The notes under the pieces are model-generated. The model was not told the DNA's origin and ran no database searches. It saw nothing but the letters and a program-made list of their open reading frames with translations. Of a stretch of DNA of 64,000 nucleotides, positions 49,189 through 58,325 are shown piece by piece (the stretch's first letter is position 1; each line of letters starts with the position of its first letter). The stretch comes from Capsulimonadaceae bacterium. Lineage in GTDB: Bacteria > Armatimonadota > Armatimonadia > Armatimonadales > Capsulimonadaceae. The DNA is taken from contig OZ244065.1 of NCBI GenBank assembly GCA_965215505.1, positions 384,001 to 448,000 of the forward strand. Direction: 5' to 3'. The position numbers and the translations under genes are program-made.

Positions 49189-49794
49189 TCAGGCGTTTGA
49201 CCACAACGGCTTGACGTGGAAAGGGGTGCCCGGCATCAGCCCAGGGCCGGAAGACGGCAGCCAGGTCTCGAGGTAACCCCTCAGCCGCTCGGCCTCATGC
49301 GGCGGAACCCGCGCGCCGACATGGCCGTCCGGGCGGACGAGGTAGAGGGATGGTTTCACAACCCCATACGCCCGGTGCGCCGCTTGATCCAGGTCATACA
49401 AAACCGAAAACCCGGATGGAACACCGGCGACCGTCGAGACAAGGTAGCAGGGCAGGTCCGGGCGGCCAAGAGCGAGTGCCGCGTTCAGCGCCACACCCGC
49501 GTCGCCCGGCTGGACGCCGGTGAAAGCGAGCAGAGTCCATCCGCCGGCATAGAGCGTGTCGTACAGCCGCACGGACTTGGTGCCCTGGACCACGTCGGCA
49601 TCGAGGGCGCGGTCCCCGGCACACAGCCCCCGCCCTCCCATCCGTTCCAGCGTCAGCGGACTCTTGCGCGTGTTGACGGTGAGTTGGCTGAACGCCTGCG
49701 CCATCTTGTACTCGCCGCCCCGGTTGAGCAGAGGCTCGGCCAGCCCGCTCATCAATGTCTGCATCCCCTTCGGCGTCACGAGGGTCGTGTACAA
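49189..49794 (-). pseudogene. C-terminal fragment of FAD-dependent aromatic monooxygenase
   Basis: GDRALDA, RLYD, WTLLAF and LYLVRPDGHVGAR tail motifs; the whole FAD-binding N-terminus is absent. Confidence 0.7.
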
Positions 49795-50413
49795 CTCCCG
49801 AGACTACTTCACCGCACATCGCGCCGAGTACGAGCGGGCGGTCCGCGCCCCGCTGTACGACCTGCTGACGGACCTGTCGGCGGAGTTCGGCGGCACCGTC
49901 AAGCTGTTCCGGCAGAACCGCGACGTGCGGTTCTCCGCCGACAAGCGGCCCTACAAGGCCAACGCTTCCGGCGTCCTGATGGACCGCCCGGGCACGTCGG
50001 CGGCGCTGTATGTTGCGGTCTCGGCGGACGGCTTGCAGGCGGCGACCGGCTACTACGGGCTGGCCTCGGATCAACTCGTGCGGTTCCGGCACGCCCTCAC
50101 GGCGGGCGAGGACGTGGTGGCTGTCGGCGAAGAACTGCGGGGGATACTTGGCGCTCTCACCGAGGCGGGATGGGAGGTGGACGGGGCGGCGATGAAGGGG
50201 ATGCCGCGCGGTGTCGCCAAAGACGTTGCGAACGCGGACCTGGTGCGCTGTAAATCGCTGACGGTGGGAGGAAGTCTGGAGCCGGAGAGGATGTGTGACG
50301 CCTCGGTAACCGAGTGGGTCGCGGGCATCTGGAGGGCGGCGGGGCCGATGAACGCCTGGCTCGACCGGCACGTCGGGGCCAGTACCCTCCTGGCGGACAG
50401 TAGGGGGCGCTGA
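49792..50413 (+). pseudogene. DUF2461 family gene lacking its N-terminus
   Basis: NSRDYFTAHRAEYE, FRQNRDVRFSADKRPYK and PMNAWL motifs; upstream codons are antisense monooxygenase sequence. Confidence 0.7.
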
Positions 50414-50414
50414 G

Positions 50415-50981
50415 TCAACCGCCCTGCAGGACCGCCCGCACCTGAGCCAGCCAGGAAAGCTCACTCTCGCACTCGCCGATGGCATAAACCACCATTAACT
50501 CAGCAATCTGCGCCAGCGGCGCGGGTTCCGCCCGGACGGTCGCCAGGTGTTCATGCTCGGTGGCGATCTTCTTTTGCAGGAACTCCGCTCTCCTTGAGAT
50601 CATGCGCTCCCGCGTCTCACGCGAGGCGTGAGGTGACAATGCCAGCCAGGTCAGGAATGGCGGCGGGATGCGCTGCTCCGCCCACTCCTCACGCCCCAAA
50701 GCCTCTGTGAACGCCTGACGCCCCTGCTCCGTGATCTGATAGACCTGCCGCTCCGGCCCTACACTCGCCGATGCGTCGGCGACCGCCCGGATCATGCCCC
50801 GCTCCGACAGTTTCCGGAGTGAGTAGTACACCTGGGGACGGGAGACCCCCGCCCAATCCCTGACCTCACGGCGCTCAAGCTCCGCGTTCAGCTCATAGCC
50901 GTGCTGGTCCTTCTCGGTGAACAGGCTCAGGATCACGAGGTCCGGCGTGGTGAGCCGGGTGGGCGAGGTTGACATCTTCAA
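50415..50981 (-). CDS. PadR family transcriptional regulator
   Basis: LVILSL, HGYEL, QVYYSLRKL and RQVYQITEQGR motifs; AGGAG RBS. Confidence 0.9.
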   Translation of the reverse strand: MKMSTSPTRLTTPDLVILSLFTEKDQHGYELNAELERREVRDWAGVSRPQVYYSLRKLSERGMIRAVADASASVGPERQVYQITEQGRQAFTEALGREEWAEQRIPPPFLTWLALSPHASRETRERMISRRAEFLQKKIATEHEHLATVRAEPAPLAQIAELMVVYAIGECESELSWLAQVRAVLQGG

Positions 50982-50999
50982 TTCTCCTGTGTCATAATA

Positions 51000-51022
51000 C
51001 TCTATTCTAATTTAGACTAGAG
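51000..51022. promoter_or_regulatory. palindromic operator candidate
   Basis: ctctattctaa-t-ttagactagag (11-bp arms, one mismatch) between the divergent padR and methyltransferase genes. Confidence 0.6.
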
Positions 51023-51030
51023 GTGCCCAG

Positions 51031-51777
51031 TTGCCCGAGTCCCAGAACAAGCCGCAGTATGGCATTGACGCGCCGGAGTTCATCTATGGTTTCTTTCTCG
51101 CCGGGAGCGTCCTCTCAATCGCCGGTCGTTTCGCACCGCCATTCCGGCTGCTTGGTAGGAGGGTTTCGGCCGTCGGCCCGGCCCTCCGCGCCCTGGGGCT
51201 GGCAAGCCTGACACTGGGCACGTCCATGCTTGCCTACGGCCTGCGCGGGAAGTTCAACGTCCGGGACCTCATGCTCTCCATGATCACCTGGAGAGGGGAT
51301 GAGGCCGTCCTGGACATCGGGACCGGGCGCGGGCTTCTGGCGATCGGCGCGGCGAAGCGGCTGACTACGGGGCAGGTCACGGCCATTGACATCTGGAGTG
51401 CCAAAGACCTGTCCGGCAACACTCTAGAGAACGCGCAGGCCAACGTGCGCCTCGAAGGCGTCCAAGACAAGGTGGACTTCAGAAATGAAGATGTCCGCCG
51501 TCTGAGTTTTGCCGACGACAGCTTCGACGTGATCCTGTCGCTCCTCTGCCTGCACAACATCGAGGGCAAAGAGGGCCGGAAAGAGCGCGATGCGGCCTGC
51601 TGGGAGATCGCCCGCGTCCTGAAGCCAGGCGGCACGGCCGTGATCGGAGACTATATCAAGACCGCCGAGTATTCTGAAGCCTTCGCAGAAGCGGGACTGA
51701 CTGTACAGAGCCGGGCCTCATACCTGCGCCAAGCATACGGCCTGATGTACATCGTGATCGCCAGGAAAGCGGCCTGA
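51031..51777 (+). CDS. class I SAM-dependent methyltransferase with N-terminal TM helices
   Basis: YGIDAP, VLDIGTGRG, DIWSAKDLSGN, FDVILS..CLHN and RVLKPGG motifs. Confidence 0.9.
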   Translation: MPESQNKPQYGIDAPEFIYGFFLAGSVLSIAGRFAPPFRLLGRRVSAVGPALRALGLASLTLGTSMLAYGLRGKFNVRDLMLSMITWRGDEAVLDIGTGRGLLAIGAAKRLTTGQVTAIDIWSAKDLSGNTLENAQANVRLEGVQDKVDFRNEDVRRLSFADDSFDVILSLLCLHNIEGKEGRKERDAACWEIARVLKPGGTAVIGDYIKTAEYSEAFAEAGLTVQSRASYLRQAYGLMYIVIARKAA

Positions 51778-51849
51778 AGGCCGCCTCAGGCTTTAACGCT
51801 CCCCCGCTTCGGGTATACTCAGCCAAATCCCCATTGCTGAGGTACTCCC

Positions 51850-52569
51850 ATGCCCCGCGACGACGGCCGTGCGCTCGACGCCTACCGGCCCATCACCCTG
51901 ACACGCAGCTTTGCCCGTTATGCCGAAGGCTCCTGCCTGGTCGAAGTCGGCCAGACCAAGGTGCTTTGCACGGCGAGCGTCGAAGACAAAGTGCCGCCCT
52001 TCCTGAAAGGCAAGGGGGAAGGCTGGGTCACGGCCGAATACTCCATGTTGCCCCGCTCCACGCACACCCGCTCCGCGCGCGACACGGGCAAGCCGAATGG
52101 GCGGACCATCGAGATCCAAAGACTTGTAGGCCGCTCGCTGCGCTCCGTCGTCGAGATGCCCGCCCTGGGCGAAAGGACGATCACGCTGGACTGCGACGTC
52201 CTCCAGGCGGACGGCGGCACGCGCACGGCGGCGATCTCCGGCGCGTTCGTCGCGCTTGTTGAGGCGCTGGCCTGGATGCGCGGCAAGGGGCAGATCAAGA
52301 CCCTCCCATTCACCGAATGGGTCGCCGCCGTCTCCGTCGGCGTCGTCAAGGGCGAGGAGCGGTTGGACCTGGCTTACGAGGAGGACTCGCAGGCGTCCGT
52401 GGACATGAACGTCGTCATGACCGACACGGGCCGCTTCATCGAGGTGCAGGGCACGGCGGAAGGTGCGCCCTTCGACCGGGAGCGCCTGAACCGCCTGCTG
52501 GACCTGGCGCACGGCGGCGTCCGGCAGATGCTCGCCAAACAGCGCGAGGCGCTGGCGGACTTAGCTTGA
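51850..52569 (+). CDS. rph: ribonuclease PH
   Basis: [45 protein letters not shown] and EVQGTAEG motifs. Confidence 0.97.
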   Translation: MPRDDGRALDAYRPITLTRSFARYAEGSCLVEVGQTKVLCTASVEDKVPPFLKGKGEGWVTAEYSMLPRSTHTRSARDTGKPNGRTIEIQRLVGRSLRSVVEMPALGERTITLDCDVLQADGGTRTAAISGAFVALVEALAWMRGKGQIKTLPFTEWVAAVSVGVVKGEERLDLAYEEDSQASVDMNVVMTDTGRFIEVQGTAEGAPFDRERLNRLLDLAHGGVRQMLAKQREALADLA

Positions 52570-53198
52570 TGTTGAGACTGATGCTGGCGACCGGCAATGC
52601 GGGCAAGGTGAGGGAGTTGACCGACCTTCTCGCGCTCCACCTGGATATGGCAGGCGTCTTACTGCTGACGCCGCGCGACTGGCCTTCCCCGCTGCCGGAC
52701 GTCGCCGAGACGGGTGCAACTTTCGCCGAGAACGCCCGGCTGAAGGCGGACGCGCTGGCGGCGGCGACCGGCCTCCCGGCCCTTGCCGACGACTCCGGCC
52801 TGTGCGTGGACGCCCTGAACGGTGCGCCCGGCCTGTACTCCGCGCGCTGGGCAGGCGCGGACGCGACTGATGCGGACCGGAACGCCAAACTGCTGCTTTC
52901 CATCGCTGGAGTTCCGCCCGAGCGGCGGACGGCGCGCTTCGTCTGTGCGGCGGCCCTGGCGGTGCCGGGGGCTGGGACCGTCACCGCCGAGGGCGTCTGC
53001 GGGGGCATCGTCCTCGACGCTGCGCGCGGTACGGACGGCTTCGGCTATGACCCCCTCTTCCTGCTGCCGGGCCTGGGCAAGACTATGGCGGAGTTGACGA
53101 CCGGGGAGAAAAACCGCCTGAGCCACCGTGCCTTGGCTGTGGCCGGACTTTCTTCCCATTTCCCTCTACTATTGAACGTACCCCGTCAAAAAAATTAG
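52569..53198 (+). CDS. rdgB: non-canonical purine NTP pyrophosphatase (RdgB/HAM1)
   Basis: ATGNAGKVRE, ADDSGLCVDAL, PGLYSARW, GFGYDP and SHR motifs; follows rph. Confidence 0.95.
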   Translation: MLRLMLATGNAGKVRELTDLLALHLDMAGVLLLTPRDWPSPLPDVAETGATFAENARLKADALAAATGLPALADDSGLCVDALNGAPGLYSARWAGADATDADRNAKLLLSIAGVPPERRTARFVCAAALAVPGAGTVTAEGVCGGIVLDAARGTDGFGYDPLFLLPGLGKTMAELTTGEKNRLSHRALAVAGLSSHFPLLLNVPRQKN

Positions 53199-53216
53199 AA
53201 GCCCGCCTGCACAACG

Positions 53217-53242
53217 GTTTGAGTGGGTAGGGGGCCGGGTAT
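53217..53242 (+). promoter_or_regulatory. SigB-like promoter candidate
   Basis: GTTTGA-N14-GGGTAT upstream of the stress gene cluster. Confidence 0.5.
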
Positions 53243-53310
53243 AGGTATGCAACCTTGCTTGGCACTGATGCCAAACAGGAATGCAGATAACGTGACGGAG
53301 AAACAAAGTA

Positions 53311-53778
53311 ATGTCTATCGCCGCGACAACCTCTTTATTCATTTTCGTTGGTTTGTTCGCGCTAATCACTGTCGGCCTGCTGGGCGCAATGGCCTTCGCC
53401 CTGATGAAGCTAGTCGGCCTGTTGGACACGGTCGTGGGCAAAATAGACCCGGTGATCGCTAAGGCGACGGACACTATCGAGACGGTGCAGCGCGTGACGA
53501 CCAACGTCGGCGAGAAGGCGGACCACATACTGGTCAAGGGCGAGGCCCTGACCGACAACGTGACGGACCGGGTGGAGAAGACGGCGGACGTGGTCCAGAA
53601 GTCGGTGATTGGGCCGCTGATCAACGTCAGCAGCCTGATCACCGGAATCTCGAAAGGGTTCTCCGTCTATTCCCATTCATCAGGCAGCGCCCCGAAAGAG
53701 CGGGTAAAGATCAACATCCGGCCGGGGGCCGAGGAGCGGGCAAAGGTCTATCACGAGGGCGGTTTAGACAAGAAGTAG
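53311..53778 (+). CDS. DUF948 (YtxG/YoxC)-like membrane-anchored protein
   Basis: N-terminal TM plus amphipathic coiled coil; precedes a YtxH gene. Confidence 0.65.
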   Translation: MSIAATTSLFIFVGLFALITVGLLGAMAFALMKLVGLLDTVVGKIDPVIAKATDTIETVQRVTTNVGEKADHILVKGEALTDNVTDRVEKTADVVQKSVIGPLINVSSLITGISKGFSVYSHSSGSAPKERVKINIRPGAEERAKVYHEGGLDKK

Positions 53779-53821
53779 GAACGCCGGCAAGTCGCACGGA
53801 GATCAAGGAGCAACGGTAAAC

Positions 53822-54535
53822 ATGGCGAAAATCGGCAAACAGATCGGGAAAGGGATGGTCAACGGCACCGATGAGGTAATGATCGTCGGCGTCACCGACG
53901 ATAAACCTTCCAATGGTGGCGGAGGCTTTCTCACCGGCCTCCTTCTCGGCGGTGCCCTCGGCGCGCTGGCGGCACTCCTCTATGCCCCCCAGGGCGGCGA
54001 CCAGACGCGCGGCCTGATCAAGCAGAAGACCGACGAGTACACCGGCCTCGCCAAAGACAAGGCCGGTGATCTCAGCGAGGCGGCCAAGGCCAAGGCCGCC
54101 GACCTCGCGGATAAAGCCGGCGATACGGCGGATAGTGCGAAGGCCAAGGCGGCGGAACTCGCCGACACGGTCAAGGCAAAGACCGCTGACGTGACCGACT
54201 CGGTCAAGGCGAAGACCGCCGAAGTGGCGGAAACCGTCAAGGGGAAGGCGAGCGACGCCGCCGACACCGTGAAATCTACGGCGGGTGATCTGAGCGCCAA
54301 GGCATCCGACAAGTCTGCTTCGGTCAAAGGGAACGCCCAAAGCCTTGTTGACCAGGGACGGGCGCTCGTCGAAGACCAGCAGAGCCGCATTTCCGAGGCT
54401 GTCGCGGCCGGGAAGCAGGCCGCGCACGACAAAAAGGAAGAACTCACCGCGGTCGCCGAGGCTGACGGCGACATGGACAAAGAGACGAGCGGCATGTCGG
54501 GAGACAATGCCAGCAAGACGTCAGCCAGCATCTAA
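53822..54535 (+). CDS. YtxH domain protein with LEA-like 11-mer repeats
   Basis: FLTGLLLGGALGALAALLYAPQGGDQTR, then repeats like ADTVKAKTADV. Confidence 0.88.
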   Translation: MAKIGKQIGKGMVNGTDEVMIVGVTDDKPSNGGGGFLTGLLLGGALGALAALLYAPQGGDQTRGLIKQKTDEYTGLAKDKAGDLSEAAKAKAADLADKAGDTADSAKAKAAELADTVKAKTADVTDSVKAKTAEVAETVKGKASDAADTVKSTAGDLSAKASDKSASVKGNAQSLVDQGRALVEDQQSRISEAVAAGKQAAHDKKEELTAVAEADGDMDKETSGMSGDNASKTSASI

Positions 54536-54581
54536 CATAAAGCAACCTTAACCATAGAGAACCACACAGGAGGCAGTACCA

Positions 54582-54956
54582 ATGGCTAAACCAGGCCCGG
54601 CCGCAGGCTCCGAAGGCGCCCGCAAGATCGCTGAAGCCCATCGCGGCTCCCACGATCACGACAAAGAAGGCGGCTTTGCCGCGAACCCCGAACTGGCCCG
54701 CGAGGCGGGCCGCAAGGGCGGCGAGACGGTCAAGAACCGTTACGGGCCGTCCTTCTACCAGAGCATCGGCAAGAAGGGCGGTGAAACCGTCAAGCGCGAG
54801 CGCGGCACCGAGTTCTACGCCGAGATTGGCCGCCGCGGCGGCGAGATGCGCGGCCAGCGCGCCGCCGCCCAGCGCAACGCGGCGGCGGGCGAAACCCCGG
54901 CCCCGGTGACCCCGCCCCGGCGGCGTGGCCGGCCGGCGAAGAACCCTGCCGCCTGA
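54582..54956 (+). CDS. KGG-motif general stress protein (GsiB/YciG-like)
   Basis: FAANPELAREAGRKGG, FYQSIGKKGG and FYAEIGRRGG repeats; AGGAGG RBS. Confidence 0.88.
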   Translation: MAKPGPAAGSEGARKIAEAHRGSHDHDKEGGFAANPELAREAGRKGGETVKNRYGPSFYQSIGKKGGETVKRERGTEFYAEIGRRGGEMRGQRAAAQRNAAAGETPAPVTPPRRRGRPAKNPAA

Positions 54957-54965
54957 CAGCGGCTC

Positions 54966-54996
54966 ACGGCCCAGGCTCTCCAGCCTGGGCCGTTTC
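54966..54996 (+). terminator. intrinsic terminator
   Basis: acggcccaggct-ctcc-agcctgggccgt followed by ttct. Confidence 0.75.
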
Positions 54997-55021
54997 TGTC
55001 CGTCCCTCCCGAGGGTGTACG

Positions 55022-56669
55022 ATGCCGACCTCTCACCACCCCACGGCTCTGCTGCATGCGAGCTTCGTGGATTACGCCATTATCGCGGTCTACTTCCTGT
55101 TCGTCCTCGCCATCGGCGCGGTGGTCAGCCGCCGCATGAAGAGCAGCGAGGATTTTTTCCAGGCGGGCCGCTCCATGCCCGCCTGGGTGACGGGCCTCGC
55201 GTTCCTCTCCGCCAACCTCGGCGCATTGGAAGTCCTGGGCATGGCCGCGCAGGGGGCCGAATACGGCCTGATGACGGCCCACTTCTACTGGATCGGTGCC
55301 ATCCCGGCTATGGTCTTCCTCGCCGTCTTCATGATGCCGTTCTACTACGGGTCCAAAGCGCGCAGCGTCCCCGAGTACCTCCAGAAGCGCTACAACGAGC
55401 CGACGCGGGCGGTCAACGCCATCACCTTCGCCGTCAGCACGCTGGTCCTTTCCGGGACCTCGATGTACGGCATGGGGCTGGTCTTCCACGACCTGCTGGG
55501 CTGGGACATCAACCTGACCATCTGGCTGGCGGCGGGCGTCGTCCTGGTCTATACGGCCCTGGGCGGGCTGACCTCGTCCATCTACAACGAGGTCTTGCAG
55601 TTCTTCCTCATCGTGCTGGGCCTGGCCCCGCTCGTGATCGTCGGCGTCCTGGCGGCTGGCGGCTGGACCGGCGTCGCCGCCCACGTCCCGGCCTCGTTCC
55701 TGCACACCTGGCACGGGACGGCCCACGAGGCGACCAACTCCATGCACGTCACCTGGCCCGGCATCGTCCTGGGTCTGGGCTTCGTGCTCTCGTTCGGCTA
55801 CTGGTGTACCGACTTCCTGGTCATCCAGCGCGCCCTGGCCGCCGAGGACATCAACGCCGCCCAGCGGACGCCGCTGATCGCCGCCCTTCCGAAGATCTTC
55901 TTCCCGTTCCTGGTCATCCTGCCCGGCCTGCTCGCCCTGCCGCTGTTCCCGCACCTGGGCGACAAGAACGACCCGTCCATGTCCTACAACAACGCCCTGC
56001 CGCTGCTGATGGGGCACTTCTACCCGGCGGGAATGCTCGGCCTGGGCCTGACCGCCCTGCTCGCCTCGTTCATGTCCGGCATGGCGGGCAACACGACGGC
56101 CTTCAACACCGTCTTCACCTACGATCTGTATCAGGCTTATCTCGTCAAGAACCGCGACGACAGGCACTACCTGAACGTCGGGCGGGTCGCGACCGTCGCG
56201 GGCGTGCTGATCAGCGTCGGCACGGCCTACTCTCGCCGCCAGCGCGCCGAGCATCATGGACTTCACGCAGACGGTCTTCGGGTTCGTCAACGCCCCCTGC
56301 TGGGGACGTTCCTGTTCGGCATGTTCTGGAAGCGGACGACGCCCTGGGGCGGCTTCTGGGGGCTGATCGTCGGGACACTGGCCGCCGTCGTCCACTTACA
56401 TGCTGACGGTGCATGGCGTGTTCCACTACTCGACCGACCAGGCCGGCAACTTCTGGCGGGCCTTCATCGCCTTCTCGGTCGGCGCGCTGGCGACTTACCT
56501 CATCAGCCTGGTGACGGAGCCGAAGCCGCTGGAAGAGCTGCGCGGGCTGGTCTATTCGGAAACGCCCCGGCCCGAAGCGGACGCCCATCTGCCCTGGCAC
56601 AAGCGGCCCCTGGTGTTCGGCTTGGTCGTCCTGGCCCTGGCCGCCTTGATGAACGCCCTGATCTGGTAG
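55022..56669 (+). pseudogene. sodium:solute symporter, frameshifted (three indels near 56231, 56295, 56392)
   Basis: SSS motifs (FFQAGRS, SANLGALE, SVPEYL, YWCTDFLVIQRAL, ASFMSG); the C-terminus continues in other frames to 56669. Could be sequencing error. Confidence 0.8.
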
Positions 56670-56705
56670 ACAGGGCTGCGTAGAGAGGGTTGTGAGGAAA
56701 CGACG

Positions 56706-56903
56706 ATGCTGGATTTAAGGATGCCGGTCGGCCTGTTCTTTCTGCTGATCGGCGCGATATTAGGCGTGGACGGCCTGATGCACCCGATCAAGACGCCGGG
56801 CGTGGACCTGGTCCTGAACCGCGACTGGGGCGCGTTCCTGTTCCTGTTCGGCGCGGTGATGACCGCCTTCGGTGCCCGCGCCCAGCGGCGCATGGGCGGT
56901 TAG
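56706..56903 (+). CDS. small two-TM membrane protein associated with the symporter
   Basis: MLDLRMPVGLFF..., two hydrophobic helices; GAGG RBS. Confidence 0.75.
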   Translation: MLDLRMPVGLFFLLIGAILGVDGLMHPIKTPGVDLVLNRDWGAFLFLFGAVMTAFGARAQRRMGG

Positions 56904-57292
56904 GCGGCGTCCGGCGCGACGGCGATGGCCTCGATCTCTACAAGCACGTCGAGCGGCAGGCGGGCGACCTCGATGGTTGACCGGGCCGGCTTGACTCCGG
57001 TGAAGTAGGCCCCATACACGCTGTTCAACACGGCGAAGTCGTTCAGGTCTTTGAGGAAGATGGTCGTCTTGACGATGTGGTCCAGCCCCAGCCCTTCCTG
57101 CTTGAGGATGGAGGCGAGGTTACGCAGGCACTGCCGCACCTGGGTCTCGAAGCCGCCCTCCACCACGAGGCTGGTGGCCGGGTCCAGCGGGATCTGGCCG
57201 GAGATGTAGAGGAACGGGCCGACCCGGACGGCGGGCGAGTAGGGTGCCCCCTGGAGCGGGCCGGCCTCGGTGTGTATCGCTTTCTTTTCCAT
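56900..57292 (-). CDS. ridA: RidA (YjgF/YER057c/UK114) family deaminase
   Basis: PYSPAV, ISGQIP, VKTTIFL, NSVY and PARSTIEVARLP..VEIEAIA motifs. Confidence 0.92.
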   Translation of the reverse strand: MEKKAIHTEAGPLQGAPYSPAVRVGPFLYISGQIPLDPATSLVVEGGFETQVRQCLRNLASILKQEGLGLDHIVKTTIFLKDLNDFAVLNSVYGAYFTGVKPARSTIEVARLPLDVLVEIEAIAVAPDAA

Positions 57293-57298
57293 GAGGGC

Positions 57299-57327
57299 AT
57301 TATGGCCCGCCCCCGCGCGTTTGTCAA
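57299..57327 (-). promoter_or_regulatory. sigma70-type promoter of ridA (probably leaderless)
   Basis: Minus strand TTGACA-N17-CATAAT, 6 nt before ATG 57292. Confidence 0.75.
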
Positions 57328-57376
57328 ACCGTGTGCTATAATGACCCCATGAGAGCCACGCTATGAAGGCCACGCT

Positions 57377-58312
57377 ATGAAAGCCATGATCCTGGCGGCG
57401 GGGGAGGGGACGCGGCTCCGCCCGCTGACGCTGACCCTGCCCAAGCCCATGGTCCCCATCGTCGGGACGCCCCTGCTGGAACGGACATTGCTCTGGCTGG
57501 CGGGCCAGGGCGTCACCGAGGCGGCCATCAATCTCTTTCACCGCCCCCAGGCGATCCCGGACCACTTCGGGGGCGGCTTCGCCGGCATCCGCCTCCACTA
57601 CTTCTTTGAAGAGACGCTGCGCGGCACGGCGGGCGGCGTGAAGGCCGCCGAAGCCGTCTTCCCTGATGCCCCGTTCTTCGTGATCTACGGCGACAACCTC
57701 ATTCAAGCCGACCTGCGCCGCCTGTGGGACTTCCACGCCGCGCACGGCGGGGCGGGGACGGTCGGGCTGTTCCACCATCCGAACCCCTCGGCGGCGGGCA
57801 TCGTCGCGGTCGAGGCCGACGGGCGCATCACCCGGTTCGTCGAGAAGCCGCCCGCCGCCGAGGTCTTCAGCGACCTGGCGAACGCGGGCGTTTACGTCCT
57901 CGACCCGGCCGTCCTGGGCGTCATCCCCCCCGGTGTCGCCTCCGACTTTGGCCGCGACATCTTCCCCCGCCTGCTGGCCGACGGCCTGGCGCTTTACGGA
58001 ACGCCTCTCGGCGGCTACTTGCAAGACACGGGCACGCCCGAGGCATACCGGCAGGCGAATTGGGACCTGCTGGCCGGGCGGACCGGAGAAGTCTATGATG
58101 ACCCGAGCCTCTGGATAGACCCCTCAGCCCAGGTCGGACGCGATGTGACTTTTTGCGGCCGCAACGTCGTCGGCGCGCAATCCGTCATCGGCGACGGGGC
58201 GATCATCGCCGACAGCATCCTCTGGGCCGGGGCGCAGGTCGCGCCGGGCGGCCGGGTGGAGGACACCATCCTCGCGCCCGCCGTCGCCGTGAAAATCATT
58301 CCCAGCATCTAG
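57377..58312 (+). CDS. sugar-1-phosphate nucleotidyltransferase (NDP-sugar synthase)
   Basis: AMILAAGEGTRLRPLT..PKPM, GTAGG, YGDN, FVEKP, NAGVY and DFGRDIFP motifs. Confidence 0.9.
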   Translation: MKAMILAAGEGTRLRPLTLTLPKPMVPIVGTPLLERTLLWLAGQGVTEAAINLFHRPQAIPDHFGGGFAGIRLHYFFEETLRGTAGGVKAAEAVFPDAPFFVIYGDNLIQADLRRLWDFHAAHGGAGTVGLFHHPNPSAAGIVAVEADGRITRFVEKPPAAEVFSDLANAGVYVLDPAVLGVIPPGVASDFGRDIFPRLLADGLALYGTPLGGYLQDTGTPEAYRQANWDLLAGRTGEVYDDPSLWIDPSAQVGRDVTFCGRNVVGAQSVIGDGAIIADSILWAGAQVAPGGRVEDTILAPAVAVKIIPSI

Positions 58313-58325
58313 GAACCAACGCCCC

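Noticed and set aside
49556..49791. N-terminus of a 285-aa DUF2461 ORF
   Set aside because: It is the antisense of the monooxygenase fragment, not DUF2461-like sequence.
54815..56395. 526-aa minus-strand and 493-aa plus-strand ORFs
   Set aside because: Shadow or alternative frames of the symporter; only a short part reflects the indels.
56900..58024. 374-aa RidA fusion
   Set aside because: The extension is antisense to the nucleotidyltransferase; the promoter supports a start at 57292.
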